A stretch of 64,000 nucleotides of DNA from Amphiscolops sp. MND2022 (GCA_964187785.1 OZ076411.1:86614001-86678000), one strand, 5' to 3'; shown: positions 27,971 to 36,275, numbered from the stretch's first letter. The notes: generated by a model not told the origin, from the letters alone. Made by a program: numbers and translations.

Positions 27971-29461
27971 TGTCGCACGCATGGATAAATTTCAGTTCTA
28001 CTTTTTTACAGTTTCCTCTTTTAGAGGGGAATTCCAAATTTGTTATCCGTATTAGTCAGCTCAGCTGTTACAACATTTTGCAAAGTGCTTTTCAGACAAC
28101 TGTTGTTTTATTGAAGTAGAACAAGTAGAAAAGTCTCAATAACTTAATTTTTTGTAATACCGAAAAGAAAGTGCCTTGCGTGTACGTGCGAACAAAGGAA
28201 CTTGCGTGAGTAAGTGCAAGGCAGTGAATGTAAATGAGCTCTCTGAACTATAAAAAAAAAGCATATGTTAGCAAACTTGTTGAATTACATAAAAGAGCTG
28301 AACTTCAGGACATAATAAAATTCTTCAGACATAACAGTTTTTATTCAACTGTTTACAATATTCAGTCAACTCACCAAATTTATTTACCAGCAACAGAAGT
28401 AATAACTTAGCTATTTCAATCTAGGGCACAAATTGATGAATACATTTAGCATCGAAGGAAATTCATAGTAATTTCCTTTAGTTCGAAGAAAGTTTTTTAC
28501 GAAAAATTCAGTTTCGGTGTTGTAATAACTTAGACAACACTATTTAATTTTATAGTCTCTACTCCTTTTCTTTTAGGAATAGCATTAAGACTTTTTTGAA
28601 TATGGGAATGGTAAAGACAAATTGGTTAATAGGGGAAAACCGCAGAATTAAATCAGCGAAATTATTCTAAGATATAATTTTAACAACCGCAGAATTGAAT
28701 CAACGGAATTATTATAAGATAGAATCCGCGGAATTAAATCAGCGGAATTATTCTAAGATATAATTTAGTTAGAAAGAGGGAGAGTAAAAAAATCTCCTCT
28801 AAAAGAAAAAATCTAAGATATTTTCGACTCACCAAACTGGAGACCAAGTTGAATTGAAGAGAATTTTCTAAGATAGAAAATTCTGTTGGGGAATAGAGAA
28901 AAAGCAAAGATAAGTTTTTACTTGAGAGAAGGGAGAAAAGGAGGAAAGTTAGACTTTATAAGTCAGAGATAAGGCAAGTGCAAAGTAAGCAAAGAGAAAG
29001 TTGGGGAATAAGAGTCGAGGGAGAGAAGGGGAAGAGTATGTGTAAGAGAAGTGGAGGGATTGAGAAGTTGAGGAGAGAGAGAGCTGTAAGTTGAGCTCAG
29101 CCGTCCGGCGGGAAAGAATGAATCTCCAGCCTGTGCGCGCGGTATAAAAACAGTTCAGCACAGCTGTTGAAGTGCCTGGCCGGCATGTGTTGCATGCTAC
29201 CAATGGTAGCTCAGCTTTAAAATTCAAATATCCGCGGTAAGAAATAGAAATTTTCACTAGTGCAATTCCTTTCCCGTAGTATTCCATTACTTATTACTCC
29301 ACTTCGAGGCCGCCGCGTTATGGCCGCCGCCATATTTACTTCAACTTTCCACTCTCCACACAACGTTAGTTCAAGTTTTATGTTTCTCTTTGCACGTGTT
29401 ATTTTTTTATAATAGAAAGCGCCTTTTGGTGATTCGTTAGAGCGTTAGTCATAGCGCGACA
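27971..29461 (-). repeat. 3' LTR of the gypsy element
   Basis: Copy of 44270-45760 at offset 16299; minus-strand TATAAAG at 28954-28960 and AATAAA at 28340-28345 and 28107-28112. Confidence 0.97.
28640..28766. repeat. Three ~40-47-bp repeats inside the LTR (also 44939-45065)
   Basis: ccgcagaattaaatcagcg(a/g)aattattctaagata unit starting at 28640, 28687 and 28726. Confidence 0.8.
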
Positions 29462-29473
29462 GCTCACCCCCCT
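29462..29473 (-). promoter_or_regulatory. Polypurine tract
   Basis: Minus-strand AGGGGGGTGAGC directly abutting the 3' LTR start. Confidence 0.8.
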
Positions 29474-29575
29474 GGCAGGGTGAAAAAGCAACAACTTTAC
29501 TAGAGAAATTTGGGGTCAGGTCAAGAAAGAGGTATTAGGTGAAAGAGCATGAGGGAAGGGGGACATGTTTTAGCA

Positions 29576-30478
29576 CTAGGGTTTAGAAAAAAGGGGTCTG
29601 TCAAATTGAATTTGGATTATGACGGAGTCATTGTTTAGGAAGGCTTCTCTAAAGTTTACCAGGAGTTTTGTGTGCGCGATGAAGTCTTCTCTCATCAGTC
29701 CTGGGAGTGTGTAGTCGTTCTTGTGCGGGTCTTCATACTCTTCTGTTTTGGAGGGATAGGGAAAGGAGATGGACCATTTGTTGTTCTTGTCTTTTTGGTC
29801 TATGATTGAGACGATCAATTGTTGCTCGAAAGGCCACGTTCGTGGGAGAGTGAAGTCGCTGGGGTGTAGATCACAAGAAATTGAGGAATGGGTTCCGCGG
29901 AAGATGTTGGCGCCATAAGGGAATAGTCTGAGGGATATTTTGCAGCCGGTTAGGTGGGTAGTGTAGATAGGGCTAGTGAAGCTATTTTTGATGTTGTTCA
30001 ACGCATCATTCGGGGAGGTCTTTGCTTTTCTGTATAGTGTGGAAAAAGCGGGTATGTGCCAAAGGATGGGTTCACCGCTTCTTGCGTCTAATACGTTGGT
30101 TTTGTTGAGTAGGGCGCCTTGAAACTTGATTGTCGCTTGTAGATCGGATATTGTGAGTTCCAAGTGATTACATTTAGTCCGCGTTTCTTCTGTCAAGTTT
30201 TGGAGTTGTTTCATTTCACTAGCAAGCTTTGTTCTAGACTGTTTTATGTCGGTTATGGGGAACGATTTCCTTAGGATCGGGGTTACCTTTTCACTTTGTG
30301 GGCTAGTTGAGACTTCTAGTTCAGCGATCCATTTGTTCAATCTTTTGATTCCCTCGAGTGTCTCGAGGTCATCTTTATTCTCTGTCCTGGATAGAGGTGG
30401 CCAGTCGTTAGCTTTGGGGAAGTAAGGAGTGCTTTTTGGGATGAAGGGGATAGCGTCTGGGTTTAGCCTCCGATTCAT
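29576..30478 (-). CDS. PAM2 motif + coiled coil + TRAF-type MATH domain protein (300 aa), retroelement accessory gene
   Basis: N-terminal RRLNPDAIPFIP (PAM2 LNPxAxxFxP); heptad region LASEMKQLQNLTEE...LELTISDLQATI; TRAF-C motifs GEPILWHI, FTSPIYTT..GCKISLRLFPYG...RGTHSSI, WPFEQQLIVSIIDQ, FIAHTKL, FLNNDSVIIQIQFD. No RING or zinc fingers. Confidence 0.9.
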   Translation of the reverse strand: MNRRLNPDAIPFIPKSTPYFPKANDWPPLSRTENKDDLETLEGIKRLNKWIAELEVSTSPQSEKVTPILRKSFPITDIKQSRTKLASEMKQLQNLTEETRTKCNHLELTISDLQATIKFQGALLNKTNVLDARSGEPILWHIPAFSTLYRKAKTSPNDALNNIKNSFTSPIYTTHLTGCKISLRLFPYGANIFRGTHSSISCDLHPSDFTLPRTWPFEQQLIVSIIDQKDKNNKWSISFPYPSKTEEYEDPHKNDYTLPGLMREDFIAHTKLLVNFREAFLNNDSVIIQIQFDRPLFSKP

Positions 30479-31077
30479 TGTGCTGAGATGGCTCTTAGGG
30501 GGACCGTTAGTCTTTGTCCCTTTAGGGCTGGGTTCTCTATGGTGTACTCTTGTCTCTTGTTATCCCAGAAAACGATTTTCCAAGTTGAGAATTGTGGGAG
30601 GAGAGTGTATTTCAACTCTGTGTTGAATCTGGGTTTCTTAACGTGTCTGGCTCGTTTAGTGAAGTACTCCCGCTTGTGTTGTTTCTTCAGTGGCGTGTCA
30701 TCTGTTATTTTGTCATTCCATTGTTGTTGGTGTTTCCTGGGTAGTGCCCGTCTTATGTCTTTTCCGCCGAAGCGGGGTGGATGTTGGGGCGATCGAGGTG
30801 GATGTTGAGTTGATGGGATAGGCGCTACCTCTTCTGTAAATGACAGCGGAAAGGGGAGTTGTAGTGATGTCGTTGGAGAGGGTGTTGTTGTTAGGGCGCT
30901 TGGAATCGGAGAAGGAACTGTTGAGTCTGGGGGATCTAGGAGAAAGGTAATAGTTGTGGGAGAAGCAGTTGACAGCAGGTCAGAAGGTGATAAGGGTTCT
31001 ATCTGCAAGTCGTCTTCTAAGATAGAGTTAGGGATGTCGTCGTCCAGGTTTGGGAGGTCGAATAAGGGTTCTAAATT
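30475..31077 (-). CDS. AUG-less open frame (~200 codons): acidic/Pro-Thr-Ser-rich N-part, basic NLS-like segment, small beta-rich C-terminal domain; probably a spliced exon
   Basis: Open from 31077 to TGA 30475 with no Met (the track start at 31008 is TTG); tttag acceptors at 31078 and 31071; stop overlaps the next AUG (AUGA). Confidence 0.6.
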   Translation of the reverse strand, partial: NLEPLFDLPNLDDDIPNSILEDDLQIEPLSPSDLLSTASPTTITFLLDPPDSTVPSPIPSALTTTPSPTTSLQLPFPLSFTEEVAPIPSTQHPPRSPQHPPRFGGKDIRRALPRKHQQQWNDKITDDTPLKKQHKREYFTKRARHVKKPRFNTELKYTLLPQFSTWKIVFWDNKRQEYTIENPALKGQRLTVPLRAISAQ

Positions 31078-31108
31078 CTAAACGTAAACTACGAAATGAG
31101 ATAATAAT

Positions 31109-33256
31109 TCATATTGGAGCAACAAAGCTCTGTACCGAGGGATATAGTGATTCCTCTTTTTGTTTTAGGATTTGGAGTTCTACTCCTTTTTCTTCGTCTT
31201 CTGTTTTTACCCTTTTGTCTTCGATGCTATCCTCGAAAGGGGCCCGCGGGGTAAATACGGAAGTTAAAACAGAGGTAAAGAAAAGGTTATACGAAGCACT
31301 GAGCAAGGTTTTAGTGAAGCTCAGTGTGTTACCCGTAAGGTGACGAAGTTCGAAGTAGCGGAAGACTAGTACCGTGATATCTATGACGAACTTGATAAAA
31401 AGGAAAGCGCCAAAGTACGCTCCGCAGAGTTCTAGTACATAAGATATACTTCCGAATGTTTCGAGGAACTGATTTTTAAAGTAGTCGGGTGAAATCATTC
31501 CGTCGACATAGAAATCTGTACGAGGTGCGTAATACGCGAAGGATTCTGGTCCGCTGTGGGCCATGGAGGGTATGATGAGCTCTCTTGAGAACTTCTGGAG
31601 GGCATTACGTGATGCGGCGCTGATGAGGATGTTGTCCCAAAACTCGGAGAGTTGCTTGGGAGTGTACATTCCCGCGTCCTGTGATCCTGGGAAAGATCTG
31701 GTAATCATTGGCTGGATGTCTTTGGGTCCGAAGATAGCAGGCCGGTCCCGATGTTCGGGTGAAGGTGTAAGGGTGAACCAGGAGTCCTTGTCTTCCATGT
31801 CCAGTTGGAAGAGGTTCTTAATACGATCTGTGCAGTTTTGTACGTTCGCGTTAGGATATGTTTGTCGGGTTATGGGGTCTACAAAGGCGACCACTCCCTT
31901 GTAGAAGATTGGTATGCGGTCGTAGCATTGGTTCATCGTGTGAAGAGGTGAGTGGGATTCCGGGCAGTGGTAGAGCCATGCGAGGCTACCATCTGTGTTC
32001 AGGAACATCGAGCGATTTCCCGTGAGCATGTATCCGGCGAGTCGTGGGTTTTCCATGGATAACATCAGGATGGTAAGGATTTGTGTTCGTTCTTGCTCAC
32101 ATTGAGCTTTCAATAGCTGGATCTCTGAAGCTTCGAGTAAGCGGGTGCTCTCAAAGAAGAGATAATCTAACTTGGTTCCTTGGTGGAGTTCGTAATCCAT
32201 GTTGAGATAATGTGGTGTGTTGGGGTTGGAGTCGCTGGGGCCTCTGAAGAGGTGGAGTCTGCCATTACCAGAACCATCGTTGGGTGAGTAATATTGAAGT
32301 TTGGAGGTTTCTCCCATGGAGATGCCGAGTCGTCTGCCAGAAGTCATGTCGAAGCCACCAAATTGGGTCGAAACGTAGAGGGATTCGTAATTGGTAGGGT
32401 AGACATCATCGGGTTTGTTGCAGTATTTCTGTGGCCTGTTGTATATTTCGAATAGGAACTTGGTAGTGGAGTCGTTGCCGCTAACTATATAGTAGTTAGA
32501 GCCATGTTTGATCATATTCACTATTTCTTTTCTGTGGACTGCGAGCACGCAGTTATCTGGCTCTGCCCATGTATAGGCGTACGGGTCCAATGACGTGGTT
32601 TCGCAGCCGAGTTGTTCCAGGGGGCAGGGGAGAACCATCTGGAAGGGTGTGAGGATTTTCCCGTCTCTGGTTTTGACTGATAATTCTACGTCTTGAATAT
32701 GAGATTCGAAGGTTTCGCGTTTAATCCATCCGCCTGTCTTGCACTCATTACGGGTATCAGGGTCACGTACTCCATCCCAACTTTTTCCGTATTTGGCGTT
32801 TCTCGTCTGTACTTGTTTGACTCCTTTCTTAAATTTGAGGGGTTGTCCATGGATCATGACTTCTTTGCCTTCGCCCATGGCCTTACAGGTTTCGGGTGAC
32901 AAGGAAATATCGCTGGTGATTCCGTTGTGTAGGATTGACATACTGGAGTGGTCATTATGACCACAATGCCATTCTTCACTCTGGTGTTTCACACGGCACA
33001 TAGTAGCGTTGATAGTGCGACGAAAGTGTTTAGTGTATAACGTCACGCTAGCACGACTTACTTCTAAGTTTTCCGGGGCCACATTGCATTGCTCTACTTG
33101 ATTTAAGGCGTAGAGCTTATTTTGTGTCATTTCGCCGCAGTCGAAATGAGTTACTCGCAATTTTTTAGCAACGCTAGCGAGGTTTGGCGTTGAACGTTGT
33201 GAGTTCACAACGGGCGCGAAATTGGCGCATAAGAAGAGTAAGAAAAATAATTTCAT
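31109..33256 (-). CDS. env: Envelope glycoprotein, chuvirus-G-like / class III fusion type (715 aa)
   Basis: Signal peptide MKLFFLLFLCANFAPVVNS; HFDC..x..LYALNQVEQC; CRVK..x..HCG; MDYELHQGTKLDY; QCEQERTQILTILMLSMENPRLAGY; DGSLAWLYHCP; QCYDRIPIFY...FVDPITR...NC; C-terminal TM ISYVLELCGAYFGAFLFIKFVIDITVLVF. Confidence 0.88.
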   Translation of the reverse strand: MKLFFLLFLCANFAPVVNSQRSTPNLASVAKKLRVTHFDCGEMTQNKLYALNQVEQCNVAPENLEVSRASVTLYTKHFRRTINATMCRVKHQSEEWHCGHNDHSSMSILHNGITSDISLSPETCKAMGEGKEVMIHGQPLKFKKGVKQVQTRNAKYGKSWDGVRDPDTRNECKTGGWIKRETFESHIQDVELSVKTRDGKILTPFQMVLPCPLEQLGCETTSLDPYAYTWAEPDNCVLAVHRKEIVNMIKHGSNYYIVSGNDSTTKFLFEIYNRPQKYCNKPDDVYPTNYESLYVSTQFGGFDMTSGRRLGISMGETSKLQYYSPNDGSGNGRLHLFRGPSDSNPNTPHYLNMDYELHQGTKLDYLFFESTRLLEASEIQLLKAQCEQERTQILTILMLSMENPRLAGYMLTGNRSMFLNTDGSLAWLYHCPESHSPLHTMNQCYDRIPIFYKGVVAFVDPITRQTYPNANVQNCTDRIKNLFQLDMEDKDSWFTLTPSPEHRDRPAIFGPKDIQPMITRSFPGSQDAGMYTPKQLSEFWDNILISAASRNALQKFSRELIIPSMAHSGPESFAYYAPRTDFYVDGMISPDYFKNQFLETFGSISYVLELCGAYFGAFLFIKFVIDITVLVFRYFELRHLTGNTLSFTKTLLSASYNLFFTSVLTSVFTPRAPFEDSIEDKRVKTEDEEKGVELQILKQKEESLYPSVQSFVAPI

Positions 33257-33336
33257 TGTTGAAATTCTTCAGTCTGTTTTTGAATCAACCGTGTAATCGC
33301 TCCCTGTTAAAGAATCAGTTTAAGTGTTTAGTAGAG

Positions 33337-33788
33337 ACCGTAAAGAGGCAAGCCGTAATATCAAACCGGCAGCTTAGCTGGCACAACACTAAGCGGAGGT
33401 TAAAATTTTATAGTAGTAACCTCACTACTGTTAAAACGTGCCGAGGGGAACGATAAGTATTTTATTATTTCAGGGAAATAGGTGTGTGTTCCAGAAAGGA
33501 GGATTCGTAGTAAGGCCGTAAAAAGGCAAGTCGTAATATCAAACCGACAGCTTAGTGGGCACTAGCACTAAGCGGAGGTTAAAATTTTATAGTAGTAACC
33601 TCACTACTGTTAAAAAAGTGCCGAAGAGTAGGTTAATTATTGAAGCTTTAGTATATTTTATTATTGAGGATCCGTTATAAGGCCGTAAAAAGGCAAGCCG
33701 TAATATCAAACCGGCAGCTTAGTGGGCACTAGCACTAAGCGGAGGTTAAAATTTTATAGTAGTAACCTCACTACTGTTAAAAAGTGCC
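33337..33788 (-). ncRNA. Three tandem copies of a ~107-nt structured cis-RNA module (double pseudoknot plus two hairpins) upstream of env
   Basis: Copies at 33337-33442, 33515-33622 and 33682-33788; complementary segments AGUAGU/ACUACU, GAGGUU/AACCUC, GCUUAGUG/CACUAAGC, GGCAC/GUGCC, GCCG/CGGC; compensatory change GCCG/CGGC to GUCG/CGAC in the middle copy. Confidence 0.75.
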
Positions 33789-33833
33789 AAAATAGGAAGT
33801 TAAAAGAGACTAACTTCAACCATTGCTGAAAGT

Positions 33834-34178
33834 TCAATTGTAGTTGTCACGGATTGATTGTAGACTGGGAGAGGTTTTGTTTCGTCGTCTCAATTCGAGG
33901 AAGTCAATGAGCTTGTTGAGGAGGAACAGTGTTAGAGGGTGGATGTGGTCGAGATAGGCAATTTGCCTATATTCCTTTAGTGCGAGTGAGAGATCAGTAG
34001 CCTCTTGGGAGTTGGTGTCAACTGGGATGAGCCAATGTCCTGGGTTTTGTGGTCGGAGGCTATGGAGTTCGATTTGTAGTGAAGGTGCGTTTTCTTTCCA
34101 AGCGATAGAGAGAATTTCGAGAAGTGTATTTGTTTCAGGGTGGCGCCAGAGAAACTTGAGCTGAATCTTAAACATCAT
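33834..34178 (-). CDS. Small accessory ORF A4 (114 aa), unknown function
   Basis: ATG-initiated, overlaps the A3 stop by 11 nt, same A/C-rich sense-strand composition as gag-pol, shares a motif pattern with A1-A3. Confidence 0.65.
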   Translation of the reverse strand: MMFKIQLKFLWRHPETNTLLEILSIAWKENAPSLQIELHSLRPQNPGHWLIPVDTNSQEATDLSLALKEYRQIAYLDHIHPLTLFLLNKLIDFLELRRRNKTSPSLQSIRDNYN

Positions 34179-34563
34179 AAGTGTCGACTAGGCTGTGAAG
34201 GTATTTGATTCTAACTTCTTCTTCAAAGGGGTTGGAGGTGAGAGTGATGTCCATAAAGTAAACCAAGTCGTCGAAAGCCTTGTCTTTGAGGACTGCAGGG
34301 TGTTGGAGTATATATTGCTTGAACGATAGGAATAAGTAAGCGTATTCCTTGGAGCCGAAGTGAATAGGGAAGAGGACTAGAGCTTCTTTGTCTTCTGGTG
34401 TGAGTATACGCACTTGAATTGCAGAGGTAGTGATCTCGTAGAAGATTGACTGTATTTCGTATTGGCCCTTGAGTTGTATGGGGGTCCAAGGAACAGGAGG
34501 TTGAAACTGTGTGTGGAAGTAGTAATTATTTCCGCGGAACACGGCGACTGCGGGAGAGGACAT
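34168..34563 (-). CDS. Small accessory ORF A3 (131 aa), unknown function
   Basis: Starts in a TAATG stop-start overlap with A2. Confidence 0.7.
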   Translation of the reverse strand: MSSPAVAVFRGNNYYFHTQFQPPVPWTPIQLKGQYEIQSIFYEITTSAIQVRILTPEDKEALVLFPIHFGSKEYAYLFLSFKQYILQHPAVLKDKAFDDLVYFMDITLTSNPFEEEVRIKYLHSLVDTYDV

Positions 34564-34784
34564 TAAATGACTGACTTGGCTCTTGTGACGACTTCAGTAG
34601 GGGTGTTGTTATATAGCAAGCTCTCCAGTAGAGGGTAGATGGGTGATGCTGGCACACAAGTGTAGGTTTCACTTTCTTCTTCAGCTATTGCGTATGCTTG
34701 TATGATGATGTTTTGCGTTGAGGGTTCCTTCTGGATATCGGTGATTTGTGAAAGACGGTTGTCAATTTTGAAGATTATGATCAT
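34563..34784 (-). CDS. Small accessory ORF A2 (73 aa), unknown function
   Basis: ATG directly preceded by acceptor-like tatctcacag; ends in TAATG. Confidence 0.6.
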   Translation of the reverse strand: MIIIFKIDNRLSQITDIQKEPSTQNIIIQAYAIAEEESETYTCVPASPIYPLLESLLYNNTPTEVVTRAKSVI

Positions 34785-35029
34785 CTGTGAGATACTTCAG
34801 TGTTCACTGTTGTTCAAACATAGCAAATCTGAGAATGGAATCATCAGTTATTTCATTGCCTTTGGGAACTTATGTATTTGAAACATATGAACATGACCCT
34901 TTTTGGGGCACATGGTTGCATGCAGAAAAGTAAAGAATCGACATTGGTCTGTATTGTGTGATAGTGAGGTATATGATTAAATAAATAGGTGTTATAAATT
35001 TCTATTACTAGGTATTTATATAGTTTTAC

Positions 35030-35731
35030 ATGACTTTTGATAAGCACAATGTTGTGTTTAGAATGAGCAACAATCAGAACTTTTCGGACTACTACGAGGA
35101 GTCCTCGACCGACGAAGAGTCGGGGAATGGCCCGACAACTGTGTCTTCTAGTTCTTCTGCAGCTGGTCCGTCCTCTGCTGCTGTTAGTGCTGTGTCCTCC
35201 GCTTCGTCTTCTGCTGGTCGGCCCTCTACTGCTGTTAGTTCTGTGTCCCCTGCTTCTTCAGCAGGTCCGTCCTCTAGTGGTGGGTCGTTCGTGGCGGTTG
35301 TGGCCCCGAGGACTGACAGTATTGTGCCTCAAGCGCCTGCTACTATTGCCCGGGGAGAGCTGGAGAACCCGGCTGAGCAGAGCTTTATGGGGCTCTATAC
35401 CCGCCGAGACGTGAACCGCCTGGAAAACTGGGCGTCTCTAACCAGTTCTCTTCGGGGGACTCCAGGGTTCTCTGTCTCGGGGCCTCCCGGTCCCAATTCA
35501 TTATTTAGTTTCATGCGGGCTAACCTGGGGGCCCGTTGGGAGCAGACCCTATTGTCCCCTCTTGGTGAAATCATAATTTTCCAGTTGCGAGCCTACATAA
35601 ACGGCTTTTCGCAACTGACCAGTTTCGAGAGGGGACAGTGGTCCCGTCTGTATTCTTTGTGGACCATGGGAGAGCGGGCGGCTCAGCTGCGGCGCTTGGC
35701 GGAGCGAGGAGGGTTCCTGGAGATTGAGTAG
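35030..35731 (+). CDS. Antisense accessory ORF (222-233 aa; Ser/Ala-rich N-half, predicted helical C-domain)
   Basis: 702-nt open frame opposite to all other element ORFs; second ATG at 35063 directly follows tttag. Confidence 0.65.
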   Translation: MTFDKHNVVFRMSNNQNFSDYYEESSTDEESGNGPTTVSSSSSAAGPSSAAVSAVSSASSSAGRPSTAVSSVSPASSAGPSSSGGSFVAVVAPRTDSIVPQAPATIARGELENPAEQSFMGLYTRRDVNRLENWASLTSSLRGTPGFSVSGPPGPNSLFSFMRANLGARWEQTLLSPLGEIIIFQLRAYINGFSQLTSFERGQWSRLYSLWTMGERAAQLRRLAERGGFLEIE

Positions 35732-35888
35732 GCGTACATCGCCTCTCATCTCCAGGAAATTACTATTTTTCTATGCTTCTGTGCTTGTGGCTTTTCGTAA
35801 GTCATGTTCGGGATTGCACAAAAAATATCGATAAACTAAAGTAAAGTAAATTAATGGTAATACATCGTTAATAGGTTAAATGTGCCGG

Positions 35889-36275
35889 CTAGGAGCTAGG
35901 TGAGGAAATAGTGGAGCAGCAGAATAGGTCCTTCTGAGTATTAGGTGGTGAAGGTTGTAGGTCAGGAATTAGGGTAGGCATGTAGGATAAGAGTTCTTCT
36001 AGGATAGGGTCGTGATGGTTGACTGCATGGTATGCTAGGTGTTGATATAGTTGAGCAAACGTTTTTGATTCTGGGTGAACATGAAGATTTGATTTTCGGG
36101 GCGTAGGTTGTTTGTGGGGGCTCGGGTCTGGGTCGTTGGAGTAGAAGCAAATTCTAACTAGTTTGTTTGTGTAGGTCCAGTAGATTTTTGTGATTGTAAC
36201 GTGTAGAACGTTTAAAGATTGGAGTTCTCGTGGAACTTGCCATGGTAGGTTTAGGTAAACTTTATGACAAGGCAT
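35889..36275 (-). CDS. Small accessory ORF A1 (128 aa), unknown function
   Basis: ATG 8 nt after the pol stop; shares a motif pattern with A2-A4. Confidence 0.65.
   Translation of the reverse strand: MPCHKVYLNLPWQVPRELQSLNVLHVTITKIYWTYTNKLVRICFYSNDPDPSPHKQPTPRKSNLHVHPESKTFAQLYQHLAYHAVNHHDPILEELLSYMPTLIPDLQPSPPNTQKDLFCCSTISSPSS

Noticed and set aside
28949-29287. 112-aa ORF in both LTRs (also 45248-45586)
   Set aside because: It runs through the TATA region and a pyrimidine-rich tract with low-complexity Ser/Leu/Phe translation. Its duplication only reflects LTR identity.
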